A stretch of DNA of 46,271 bases, taken from the NCBI GenBank assembly GCA_050696515.1, contig JBOGYA010000001.1:1-46271 (forward strand). The letters run 5' to 3'. Of this stretch, positions 37,703-46,271 are shown piece after piece (positions within the stretch are counted from its first letter, which is position 1; every line of letters begins with the position of its first letter). This stretch comes from Solirubrobacteraceae bacterium (lineage in GTDB: Bacteria > Actinomycetota > Thermoleophilia > Solirubrobacterales > Solirubrobacteraceae). The notes under the pieces were generated by a model, which worked only from the letters and a program-made list of their open reading frames with translations, was not told where the DNA came from and did not search any database. The position numbers were made by a program, and so were the translations under genes.

Positions 37703-37776
37703 GTCCCGGGGAGAGGAGCTATCCTCACACAACAGCAGGACTCCACCCGAGCAACCAACACCCGGAGGGCGACACC

Positions 37777-38424
37777 ATGGCCACGCCTGAGCCGAGCGAC
37801 AAACCGCCCGCAACAGGATCGCTGCCGAGCTGGACGTTCGAGCCCGGCCACACCGAGGCTGGCTTTCGCGCGCGCCACATGATGGTCACGTGGGTGCACG
37901 GTCTCTTCAAGGACGTCCACGGCAAGCTGTACCTCGACTGGGGGCGCCCGCTGGAGGCGACCTTCGCCGGCAAGATCGACGCCGCCAAGCTGTGGACCGG
38001 GGAGCCCGACCGCGACGCCCACCTGCGCAGCGCCGACTTCTTCGACGTGGAGAGCCATCCCAACATCACCTTCACGGGACGGCTCGTCGAGCGCACCGGA
38101 GATACCGCCTTCAAGGCGATGGCAGACCTCACCATCCGCGGAACGACACGTCCGGTGAGCATGGACGTCACCTACATGGGCCAGTGGAAGACGCCGTTCT
38201 GGGTGGGCGACGAGAACAAGGGGCTGCTGACCCGCATCGGCTTCGAGGCCAAGACCCGCATCGACCGCCACGACTTCGGCGTCTCTTGGCAGGACAAGAT
38301 CCCGGGCGGCGGCGTGGTCGTCAGCAACGAGATCGAGGTGACACTCGACGTCGAGGCGATCCTCGACGCGGACCTGCGGGCCACCGGCGCGATCGAGTAC
38401 TACCGCGCCGAGAACCCCGCCTGA
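37777..38424 (+). CDS. YceI family protein
   Basis: WTFEPGHTEAGFRARHMMVTWVHG, RDAHLRSADFFD, LTIRGTTRPV, IDRHDFG. Confidence 0.92.
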   Translation: MATPEPSDKPPATGSLPSWTFEPGHTEAGFRARHMMVTWVHGLFKDVHGKLYLDWGRPLEATFAGKIDAAKLWTGEPDRDAHLRSADFFDVESHPNITFTGRLVERTGDTAFKAMADLTIRGTTRPVSMDVTYMGQWKTPFWVGDENKGLLTRIGFEAKTRIDRHDFGVSWQDKIPGGGVVVSNEIEVTLDVEAILDADLRATGAIEYYRAENPA

Positions 38425-38460
38425 GTTTCTCCCCTACCCCCCACCGCGCTCGTCACCTTG

Positions 38461-38527
38461 TATACACCCGACTGGACCTGTGGGTGGCAACCAGATGGCA
38501 GTTATGAGAGGTCCAGTAACTGTATAT
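38461..38527. repeat. AT-rich palindromic dispersed repeat, copy 2
   Basis: TATACA..ACTGGACCT (38471-38479)-N29-AGGTCCAGT (38509-38517)..TGTATA; same orientation as copy 1. Confidence 0.75.
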
Positions 38528-38612
38528 GTTCGCCCAAATGCGTATGACATCCCGCGGGGCCTGCGGGCTCGACCAAGCTGAGGCACTACCCCTACGACGC
38601 CCGCCGAGCTCG

Positions 38613-39479
38613 TCAACCACTACCCCCGCGCTCGTCCTCCCGGCGGTAGCCGATCTGCGCGGAGATGCGATCGGCGGTCGATATCAGATGGGGACCGAGG
38701 TGCTCCACGAGCTGCTCCAGGGAGATCGTCGAGCGGTGCGCCACCATGCCCACCGCCGCGAGCACCTCGCGCGTCTGTGAGCGCACCGGCGCCGCGATCT
38801 CGTACAGCTCCGGCGCGAGCTCCTCATTGCCCCTGGCCAAGCCCTCCCTGAGGGTCAGGGCGAGCTCGCTGCGTAGCGCGGCCTTGCTCGTGATCGTGCG
38901 CGGCCCCCGCCGCTCCAAAGTCAATTCCGCGATCAACTCGCGCTGCTCCCACGCCGGCAGGCTGGCCAGGAGCAGCTTGCCCATCGCGGTGCAGTGCGCC
39001 GGCAGGCGCGCACCCTCGCCCAACCCGCTATCGACCGGGCGCCAGCCCCGGCGCCGGTCGCGGATGCGGTCCACGCACACCACCTCCGGGCCGTCCAGCA
39101 CCGCGATCGCGAGCGTGTAGGGAGCCCGTCTGCCGAGCTCTTCCAGATGCGGCCGCGCGTGCACACGTAAGCTCGTCGAGCTCAGCGCCGAGAGCCCCAG
39201 CTCGGTGACCCGCAGCCCCAGCCGGTACTTGCGGCGCGCGCCCTGCACCAGGTAGCCGAGCGCGGTCAACGTGAGCGCGTAGCGGTGCGTGGTGCTGCGG
39301 CTCATCCCGAGCTCCTCCGCGAGATCCGCGATCCCCCACACCGGGCGCTCCGGTGTGAAGCACTCGAGGATCGCCAGGCCGCGCTCCAACGACTGCGAGT
39401 AGCGCGACTCGCGCAGGTGGGGAACCGACTCGCGCCACTCGCCGCCGGGGCTCGGGGCCGCGCTCTTGCGTGGACTCAC
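38613..39479 (-). CDS. IclR family transcriptional regulator
   Basis: SQSLERGLAILECF, LGMSRSTTHRY, LPAHCTAMGKLLLA, IAAPV. Confidence 0.93.
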   Translation of the reverse strand: MSPRKSAAPSPGGEWRESVPHLRESRYSQSLERGLAILECFTPERPVWGIADLAEELGMSRSTTHRYALTLTALGYLVQGARRKYRLGLRVTELGLSALSSTSLRVHARPHLEELGRRAPYTLAIAVLDGPEVVCVDRIRDRRRGWRPVDSGLGEGARLPAHCTAMGKLLLASLPAWEQRELIAELTLERRGPRTITSKAALRSELALTLREGLARGNEELAPELYEIAAPVRSQTREVLAAVGMVAHRSTISLEQLVEHLGPHLISTADRISAQIGYRREDERGGSG

Positions 39480-39523
39480 GCCGCCGATCGTTGCGCAGGC
39501 AGTGCCTAAAGAGCACACAGACT

Positions 39524-39536
39524 GTTTTCATAAAAC
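39524..39536. promoter_or_regulatory. AT-rich palindrome upstream of IclR (possible operator)
   Basis: GTTTT-CAT-AAAAC in an AT-rich patch about 45 bp upstream of the start. Confidence 0.4.
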
Positions 39537-39635
39537 GATAATCACGCAGACAAAAAGCAGCGGTGGAGGGGTGTCAGACCCGAGGAGGCTGGATGCCCGA
39601 ACGCCGCCTGCTTACGACGTCCATGGGCGCGCCGG

Positions 39636-40871
39636 CTAGTCGCCGCGCAGTGCATAGGCCACCCGCCACAAGCGCAACACCGGCAGCAGCAGTCTCGCCA
39701 GCGAGCCGCCCGCGCAAGCGAGCCGGCGCGTGCTCGCACGCAGCTCCGGCGCGCGAGCGCTGTCCTTGGAGAGGTACATCGCGACCATGCACCCCACGAT
39801 CACCCCGTGCCGAGCCCCGTCCGGCAGGGCGCGCGCCCGCAGCGCCGCCTCGCGCACCAGCTCCCACACCCGCCGCACCGCCTCCTCGGCGCAGGTGTAG
39901 TGCGCGATGTAGCTGTGCTCGCCGCCCGCCGCGTCCTGAGCCTGGTCGGCATAGCTGTCGAGCATCGTGCCCGCGAGCGATATCCACGGCAGGTACGCGG
40001 CACAGGTGTCGAGCACGCGCCGCTCCTCCAACTCTCCCCCGGCCGCCAGCGCGAGCAGCGCCAGTACCGTCAGCCAGCCGCTCGCCGCCGCGGTGGACTC
40101 GAACCACGCAAGCTCCCCCCACCCACGTGCCTCCCGCCGCGCCCACTCGCCGAGCGCCGCATCGCGCGCGCCGGGATCGGGCTCGTGGTTGAGGCCCAGC
40201 ACCCGCGCGAGGGTCGCCGCGCGGATCGCAGGCGCGCGCACCCGTCCGTAGGAGGGCAGTCGCGCGCACCGCTCCCGGCAGGCAGCGACCAGCGCCCGCA
40301 GGTAGCCGCCGTCTTCGCTCCACGGGTGGCGGCGGTAGTAAGCCGACACCGGCGCCCCCGGGTCCAGCGCCTCGCTGAGCGCGCGATGCAACTGGACACC
40401 ACTCGCCGCCGCGCATTGCCCCGGGGCGGTGCTCGCCGTCACACCATTCGACAGGGCGCGCGCCGTAGCGTGATGCAATCGAACCCTGCTCACGGTGCTC
40501 GCACGGGCGCCCTGCACGCCCACGCACCGCTCGCTCGCGCCGTCCAGGAAGTCCGCCATCACCTCGAACGCCACGAGCAGGCGCAGCAGGTTGGGGCTGC
40601 GCCTGCCGGGAAGGGTCCAGAAGAGCGCTGCGCCATCGGTGCTCGCGCGCTTGCTCGCGAGCGAGCCCAGCGCATCGGCGCGCAGCGCCGCGTCCGGGAT
40701 CGCTCCCGCCCGCGAGCGCCAGCGGCGAACCTCATGTGAGACCTCGCGCAGGCCCCACACCAGCTCGCGCGTCGTGGCGAGCACCAGCGCCCGCCCCTGG
40801 ACGAACGAGAGGGCCGCCGGGTCGGGCTCCTCGGCGGCAAACGGCTTGAAGGCGCATCGGGCTCGGTTTAT
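39636..40871 (-). CDS. DUF2600 / tetraprenyl-beta-curcumene synthase (YtpB)-like terpene synthase
   Basis: EVRRWRSRAGAIPDAALRADALGSLASK, acidic motifs DFLD and LDSYADQAQD, LAWFESTAAA, HSYIAHY, MYLS; start ambiguous (ATA at 40871 or a later GTG). Confidence 0.78.
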   Translation of the reverse strand: MNRARCAFKPFAAEEPDPAALSFVQGRALVLATTRELVWGLREVSHEVRRWRSRAGAIPDAALRADALGSLASKRASTDGAALFWTLPGRRSPNLLRLLVAFEVMADFLDGASERCVGVQGARASTVSRVRLHHATARALSNGVTASTAPGQCAAASGVQLHRALSEALDPGAPVSAYYRRHPWSEDGGYLRALVAACRERCARLPSYGRVRAPAIRAATLARVLGLNHEPDPGARDAALGEWARREARGWGELAWFESTAAASGWLTVLALLALAAGGELEERRVLDTCAAYLPWISLAGTMLDSYADQAQDAAGGEHSYIAHYTCAEEAVRRVWELVREAALRARALPDGARHGVIVGCMVAMYLSKDSARAPELRASTRRLACAGGSLARLLLPVLRLWRVAYALRGD

Positions 40872-43501
40872 GTGGTGCTGACAGTTGTCGGACGCACACG
40901 TACCGCAAGATACCCCGGAACCGCGAGGATCGCCACCGCGGTAGCGCTCACCAGGGCAAAGCTCGAGACCGCCGCCACGGCGCCCACCGAGAAGACGATT
41001 GGAAAGCCCGTGACGCTCGCCAGCGCATAGCTCAACAGCAGTTGGCCGTAGAGCCCGAAACCTGCCCCCACCAGGCACCCCGTGCCAAGCAGCAGGGCGC
41101 TCTCGCACAGCAGCGCCCGCCACAGCACCCCCCGCTTGTAGCCCTGGCGCTTGATGTACGCCAGCTGCGGCCGGCGCTGCCAGATCATCGAGCCCATCGC
41201 GCCCGCCATCGCGAGCACCGAGGCGATCAGCACGAGCGTGCCGATCTGGGTCAGGCGCGAGAGCGCCTGGCGCGTGGTCCGATAGTGCCGGCGCGCCCAC
41301 TGGGAGGCGGTTTCCACGTGCAGCCCCGTACCCGGCCCCAGGGCCCGCTGGATCTCCTCGCGCACCGCCCCCGGCGAGGCGCCCCTGTCGATCTGGACCT
41401 GGTAGGCGCTCGCGTCGGCGCTGCCCCAGGCGCGCGCGTAGTCAGCCGAGTTGAGGACGATCGCGCCCGGCGGCCAGCCGAGGTTGGTGCTCAGCGCCGC
41501 CACCCGGAATGCGGTGGGGTGCCGCGAGGGCAGCGTGAAGGGCTCGCCGACCCGCAGGTGGTGGGCGGCCGCCAGCGCTTGCGAGAGCACCGCCCAGCCA
41601 CTCCCGCGCAACGCGGCGCTCGCCGAGTGGGCGGGCTCAAGACCCCCCTGGACGAGCTGGCCAGCGGGCACCGGGTGGGGGGCCAGGCGCGGCGGCGCGA
41701 GCACCCATACGCGGCGGTCGCCCCAATCCAGGAAGCCCCCGCGGTACACCCCGACCGCGCTCACTCCGTGCAGGCCGGCCAGCTCCCGCGCCGACGGGCC
41801 ATGGAAGGGGATCGTCGTGAATGCGTCGGCTTCCCCCTGGGGGCTCACCCAGAGCGCCGCGTTGGCGTCGATCGCCCGCACCGATGCGTCCAGGCCGCGC
41901 TGCAGGTTGCTCCGTGCGCCCTCGATCGCCACGCTGCCGAACACCGCGATCGCTCCCGTCGCCGCGATCGCCAGCGAGCGCATGCGGGTCAAGGGGTTGC
42001 TTAGTTCGACGATCGCAATGCGGGTCGAGGCGGCGTAGAGCGGGCGCTGGAGCCGCTCGAAGCCCGCGAGGATCGCGTCGAAGCAGAGCGGCAGCAGGAT
42101 CAGCAGGGCCACGACAAGCGCGATGCTCCCGAGGACCGCCGCTTGCGGGCGCGCGAGCAGGATCGCCGTGGTGACCGCCAGGCAGCCCGCCCCGAGCGCC
42201 ACGCGCGGCGCCTTCCGCGGCCGAGCGCGGTCCCGACCGCGCCGACCGCGCCACCCGCGGCCACGGCCAAGCTCACGGTCCAGCGGGCAGGTCGAGCAGC
42301 CTACGCGGTCCTTACCGGCGCTCGACGGTGCGCGCAGGCGCCCAGCCAGCGCTCCCTGCAACGGCACCAGCACGCCGACGCACGCCGCCCCCAGCCCCGC
42401 CCCGGCCGCCAGGGCGACGCTCTGCCAGGTCACGATCCGCTGCGAGCCGACCGCGAACGCGAACGAGAGGTAGCCGGGGCTCGCGCGAAAGACCGCGATC
42501 GAGAGCGCCTGGCCCAGCGCGAGACCGAGCAGCGAGCCCAGCGCGCCGAGCACCAGCGCGTCGAACAGCAGCACCTGCACGGTCATCGCGCGAGTCGCCC
42601 CCCGCTGACGCAGGGTCTCCACCAGGCCGCGGCGCAGGTGCACGGTGACCAGCATCGCGTTGAACGCGAACATGAACCCCACGAGCGCGCTGATCGCCGA
42701 GAACAGCTCCTCGCTCTGGTCGGCCGGCGCCGCGGCCGTGGCGAACAGCTGCGCGTCGTAGCCGGCCGGCTCCAGGTTGACGTCCGCCGCCGCCGCCAGC
42801 GCGCCGAGCTCGCGGCGGACCTGGCGCTCGCGCCCGGGCTCGGTGAGCACGAGGATGCGCGTCAGCCTGCCGCGCAGACCGGTCACCGCCTGCGCGTATG
42901 CCAGGGGCGCGATCGCGACCGGGCTGTTGACGAGCGCGCCGATGTTGCCGGCGTCGAGCTTCGCCCCCATCAGCGCCGTGAGCCGCTGCGCGCCGACCTC
43001 CAGCGTGACCGTCTGTAGCGAGTCCACCCCGATCGCCTCTGCCACCGGCGCGGGCAGCGCGAGTGCGCGCAGCGACGCCAGCTGCGTGGTGGTGAGGCCC
43101 CGCGGCAGCGCGCCGCCGGCCGAGCGGAGACCGGCCAGCATGTCGCGGGGCTCGCCGGCGAGCAGGTCGACCGAGCGCTGCCCCGCTGGGCCGATCACGG
43201 TGGCGCGCTGCTCGAGCACAGGCTCCCCCCCGCGCACCCCCGGGAGCCGGCGCACCCGGCTCAGCAGCCGCTCGTCGAAGCCGTCCGGATCGCGCGCGAC
43301 CAACTGCAGGCTGGCGTCGCCCACGACCCCGCTCGTGAGCTGGTGGATCGAGCCGTCGAGGCTCGTGGAGGCGACCTGGGAGGCGAACAGCAGCGCCACC
43401 CCGACTGCGATCCCCAGCACCGCGAGGAGCTCCTGCACGAGCACCAGCCGCGCGCGCAGGCGAGCGCGGTAGATGTAGAGGACCTGCCACGGAGCCATCA
43501 T
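40868..43501 (-). CDS. FtsX/MacB-type ABC transporter permease
   Basis: GIAVGVALLFA, two extracellular loops, LRQRGATR and IKRQGYKR repeats of the FtsX domain. Confidence 0.9.
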   Translation of the reverse strand: MMAPWQVLYIYRARLRARLVLVQELLAVLGIAVGVALLFASQVASTSLDGSIHQLTSGVVGDASLQLVARDPDGFDERLLSRVRRLPGVRGGEPVLEQRATVIGPAGQRSVDLLAGEPRDMLAGLRSAGGALPRGLTTTQLASLRALALPAPVAEAIGVDSLQTVTLEVGAQRLTALMGAKLDAGNIGALVNSPVAIAPLAYAQAVTGLRGRLTRILVLTEPGRERQVRRELGALAAAADVNLEPAGYDAQLFATAAAPADQSEELFSAISALVGFMFAFNAMLVTVHLRRGLVETLRQRGATRAMTVQVLLFDALVLGALGSLLGLALGQALSIAVFRASPGYLSFAFAVGSQRIVTWQSVALAAGAGLGAACVGVLVPLQGALAGRLRAPSSAGKDRVGCSTCPLDRELGRGRGWRGRRGRDRARPRKAPRVALGAGCLAVTTAILLARPQAAVLGSIALVVALLILLPLCFDAILAGFERLQRPLYAASTRIAIVELSNPLTRMRSLAIAATGAIAVFGSVAIEGARSNLQRGLDASVRAIDANAALWVSPQGEADAFTTIPFHGPSARELAGLHGVSAVGVYRGGFLDWGDRRVWVLAPPRLAPHPVPAGQLVQGGLEPAHSASAALRGSGWAVLSQALAAAHHLRVGEPFTLPSRHPTAFRVAALSTNLGWPPGAIVLNSADYARAWGSADASAYQVQIDRGASPGAVREEIQRALGPGTGLHVETASQWARRHYRTTRQALSRLTQIGTLVLIASVLAMAGAMGSMIWQRRPQLAYIKRQGYKRGVLWRALLCESALLLGTGCLVGAGFGLYGQLLLSYALASVTGFPIVFSVGAVAAVSSFALVSATAVAILAVPGYLAVRVRPTTVSTT

Positions 43502-43632
43502 CGCTCAGCCGGGGGAGGGCAGGCCCGGATGGCCGGGTTCTGACTCACTCTCCCAGGCGTGAGGCGCCGAGCCGGCAAAAGCAGGCTCTCCCGGCAAGCT
43601 TGGGTCGCCGGACGACGAGCGACGAGCACGAC

Positions 43633-44370
43633 TCAGAGCCCGCGCAGGCGCCGGCGCGCGAGGTCGATCACGTTCCCGGACTCCTCCTCGCCCGCCATCA
43701 CACTCAGACGGCCGGCGGCGAGCGAGAGGACGCGGTGCGAGCAGAGCGCCGCCTCGGGATCGGAGACAGCCATCAGCACACCCATCCCGAGCTCCCGCGC
43801 GAGCGCGCGCACGAGCAGCGCGACCTCCTCGGTCTCGCGCGCCCCGAGCCCATCGATCAGATCGTCGATCAGCAAGAGCCGCGGCCCGCCCGCGATCGCC
43901 TGAGCGAGCTCCACGAGTGCGCGCTCCCAATCGGAGAGGTCCTCCCAGCGCCGCTCCGCGCTGTGCTCCATGCCCACCCGCTTGAGCGCTGCGAGCGCGA
44001 ACGAGCGCACCTCGCGCCGGCGAGTGCGCCCGCCGATCGCGAGCCGCAGCGCGACATAGTCGAGCATCGGCACGCCGAGCCCAGGACCGCCGCGGCCCGC
44101 CCAGCCGACCTGCTCGCGCAGCAGACGCGAGTGCGCGGGGTCCGAGAGGCCGCTGAGGTCCTCGCGCCCAAGCAGCACCAGACCCTCGTCCGGCGCCATC
44201 ATACCGGCGGCGATCCGCAGCAGCGTGGTCTTGCCCTGGCTGCGCATCGCCACCACCGAGACCACCTCGCCCGCGTCGAGGTGGAGCGTCACTCCCCGTA
44301 GCAGCCACCTCGTGAGCTCCCCGCGCCGGTAGCGCTTGCCGACACCCTGCAGCGACAGCAGCGCGCTCAT
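43633..44370 (-). CDS. ABC ATP-binding protein with degenerate catalytic motifs
   Basis: LSLQGVGKRY; Walker A AMRSQGKTT, signature LSDWE, Walker B LLLIDD, switch MAVSD; ATGA-coupled to the upstream gene. Confidence 0.82.
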   Translation of the reverse strand: MSALLSLQGVGKRYRRGELTRWLLRGVTLHLDAGEVVSVVAMRSQGKTTLLRIAAGMMAPDEGLVLLGREDLSGLSDPAHSRLLREQVGWAGRGGPGLGVPMLDYVALRLAIGGRTRRREVRSFALAALKRVGMEHSAERRWEDLSDWERALVELAQAIAGGPRLLLIDDLIDGLGARETEEVALLVRALARELGMGVLMAVSDPEAALCSHRVLSLAAGRLSVMAGEEESGNVIDLARRRLRGL

Positions 44371-45137
44371 CTCCGCGCGCTCGGAACGGCGTCGCGCGAC
44401 CGTTCCTCGCCCTCCGCGACGCCAAGCCCCCGCTCCCTGCCCCCCGCGACGCCAAGCCCCCACTCCCTGCCCGCCACAGCGTCGCGCCGGCGCCCACGGC
44501 TCTCGGGCGGGGTGCCCACTCCTGCGGGGGCCGACACCCCGGCCATGTCGCGCATCTCTTCAAGGCGCGCACGCAGGCGCTCCAGACGCTTGAAGCGCAT
44601 GCCCCACATCGCCGCTTCGTCGCGCAGCACCGCCCTGCGCGCCAGCGCCGACCACCGCTCCGCCGGGGTGGAGCGCCGCGGGGCGATCAGCTCCGCCTCG
44701 CTCAGGCGCCCTTGCGCGGCCGCGAACATGCTCGCGCAGGCCCGTTCCTCGGCGCAGATCGCTTCGATCAGCAGCGGCAGGTCCTCCGGGCCGCAGAACT
44801 CGACCTTCGCCTGCAGCTCCTCGCGCAGAGCCGGGGCCGCGGCGCTACAGGACCGCAGCCACGCGCGAAAGCGCTCGGCGCCCAGCGGCGTCGCCTCATA
44901 GCGGCGCTCCGCGATGGGCCCTTCCCCATCCGCGCCTGCTCCGTCCGCGACCACCCGGACAAGACCCTGCCGCGTAAGCCGGTTCAGCGCGTTGTGCGCG
45001 GTGGAGCGGGTGAACTGCGCGGAGCGGAAGCGCTCGACCAAGCGCTGGCCGAGCCGCGAGGCGCTGTCGGGCTGCTCGATCACGAGCCCGAGGACAGCCT
45101 CCCCGGCGGATAGACCAACCGTTCGCTTACGCGACAT
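44367..45137 (-). CDS. PadR-like winged-helix regulator
   Basis: AVLGLVIEQPDSASRL..STAHNALNRLTRQGLV..YEATPLGAERFRAWL, helical C-terminus. Confidence 0.75.
   Translation of the reverse strand: MSRKRTVGLSAGEAVLGLVIEQPDSASRLGQRLVERFRSAQFTRSTAHNALNRLTRQGLVRVVADGAGADGEGPIAERRYEATPLGAERFRAWLRSCSAAAPALREELQAKVEFCGPEDLPLLIEAICAEERACASMFAAAQGRLSEAELIAPRRSTPAERWSALARRAVLRDEAAMWGMRFKRLERLRARLEEMRDMAGVSAPAGVGTPPESRGRRRDAVAGREWGLGVAGGRERGLGVAEGEERSRDAVPSARR
44411..44470. repeat. 2 x 30-bp tandem repeat in the PadR-like 3' end
   Basis: CCTCCGCGACGCCAAGCCCCCGCTCCCTGC / CCCCCGCGACGCCAAGCCCCCACTCCCTGC. Confidence 0.85.
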
Positions 45138-45241
45138 TTGTCTGAGACCGTACACCAAGTCCCGGCGCGGCTGTCGTCTCTTCGAATCATTTCCGCGGGG
45201 GTCCGCGCAACCACGGGGCGATGCCGGTGTTATGAGAGAGC

Positions 45242-46271
45242 GTGCGCTTGGACCGCCTCTCGGCCCGCTTCCCGCCCGCGCTCGCGGCGGCGCTCTGCGC
45301 TGCCCTGCTCGCGTGCCTGGCGTCCACGCCGGCTGCGGCGGCGCCCCTGCTGAGCTGGAGCACCGTAAGGATCCCCGGTGCAGCGGCCTTGACCGGGATC
45401 TCGTGCGCCTCCGAGACCCTCTGCGTGGCCGTCGACGAAGCCGGTGACGCGCTCGTCAGCACCGATCCGAGCGCAGCGACGGGCGCGACGTGGAGCCGGA
45501 AGGAAATCGACCCGGGGAAACCGCTGAGCTCGGTGTCGTGCGCATCCAGCGCACTGTGCGTCGCGGTGGACGGGGAAGGCCACGCGCTCATCGCCACCAA
45601 CCCCGCCGCGGGCGCCGGCGCGACGTGGAACCGCGTCGAAACCCACGCGGCGGGGGCGCTCACTGGAGTGTCCTGCCCATCGGGCACGCTCTGCGTCGCG
45701 GTCGACAAGGCGGGGGATGCGCTCGTCAGCACGAACCCGGGCGCAGGTGGGGGCGCCGGTGCGACGTGGAGCCGGGTGGAAATCGACTCGGGGAAAGCGC
45801 TGAGCTCGGTGTCGTGCGCAGCCAACGCGCTGTGCGTCGCGGTGGACGGAGCGGGCCGCGCACTGACGAGCAGCGACCCGGCCGGCGCGTGGCGCCCGCG
45901 CTCGATCGACAGCTTCGCGCTCACCGCGGTCTCGTGCAGCTCTGCGCCCGCCAACGTGTGCGTGGCGGTGGACGAAGCGGGCGAGGCGTTGGCGAGCGGG
46001 AACCTCACCGCGCCCGGCCCCCCCGCCGGCCCGGGACCCACGTGGAGCGCGACTCCGATCGAACTGATCGGGCTCGGCGCCCCCACGGCCGTGTCGTGTG
46101 CCGCGGCCGGCCTCTGCGTGTCCGTCAACGGCGGCGGCGACGCCTACGTCAGCGACGATCCCACAGCGGCGGCGCCGTCGTGGGAATTCCGCAGCATCGA
46201 CTCGCCCACGCCGTTGTCCGGGGTGGCGTGCGTGTCCGAAGGGCTCTGCGTGGCCGTGGACAGGGCCGGGC
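45242..46271 (+). CDS. Secreted Cys-pair repeat (beta-propeller-like) protein, partial
   Basis: Manual translation from GTG: signal peptide, then 7 repeats like L(S/T)xVSCxxxxLCVAVDxxG; runs off the window end. Confidence 0.85.
   Translation, partial: MRLDRLSARFPPALAAALCAALLACLASTPAAAAPLLSWSTVRIPGAAALTGISCASETLCVAVDEAGDALVSTDPSAATGATWSRKEIDPGKPLSSVSCASSALCVAVDGEGHALIATNPAAGAGATWNRVETHAAGALTGVSCPSGTLCVAVDKAGDALVSTNPGAGGGAGATWSRVEIDSGKALSSVSCAANALCVAVDGAGRALTSSDPAGAWRPRSIDSFALTAVSCSSAPANVCVAVDEAGEALASGNLTAPGPPAGPGPTWSATPIELIGLGAPTAVSCAAAGLCVSVNGGGDAYVSDDPTAAAPSWEFRSIDSPTPLSGVACVSEGLCVAVDRAG

Noticed and set aside
43505..43632. Frameshifted C-terminal extension of the ABC ATPase ending at 43505
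   Set aside because: The NBD is already complete at 43633 and the extension is low-information; cannot be supported without reads.

Overview
High-GC actinobacterial DNA; the gene families suggest Thermoleophilia/Solirubrobacterales (inference). A Xer dif-like site at 6923-6950 suggests the chromosome terminus region. From about 5.6 to 31 kb the window is a mosaic of small accessory genes and gene fragments: a VapBC-type toxin-antitoxin pair, TetR, hydrolases, VOC, two DHFR-like paralogues, a methyltransferase, the rifampicin phosphotransferase rph, a P450, an SQR-like oxidoreductase and a GST. This mosaic is punctuated by a family of GTCTCA-N6-TGAGAC palindrome clusters. The most striking find is a 3.2-kb lower-GC element (20742-23932) bounded by terminal inverted repeats and a CTAG duplication. 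It carries a DDE transposase, a complete but non-canonical tRNA-like gene directly upstream of the transposase, an XRE regulator with twin operators, a lipoprotein and a strongly structured non-coding arm. A 165-bp MITE with a TAA duplication sits in-frame in the 5' end of a hydrolase gene. The right third holds two atypical response regulators, a large secreted Lys/Glu coiled-coil protein, a GT2-TPR glycosyltransferase divergent from a Thr-rich collagen-like gene, and a PadR-like / degenerate ABC ATPase / FtsX permease / DUF2600 terpene synthase-like / IclR cluster. All calls are by-eye motif recognition; no database searches were run.
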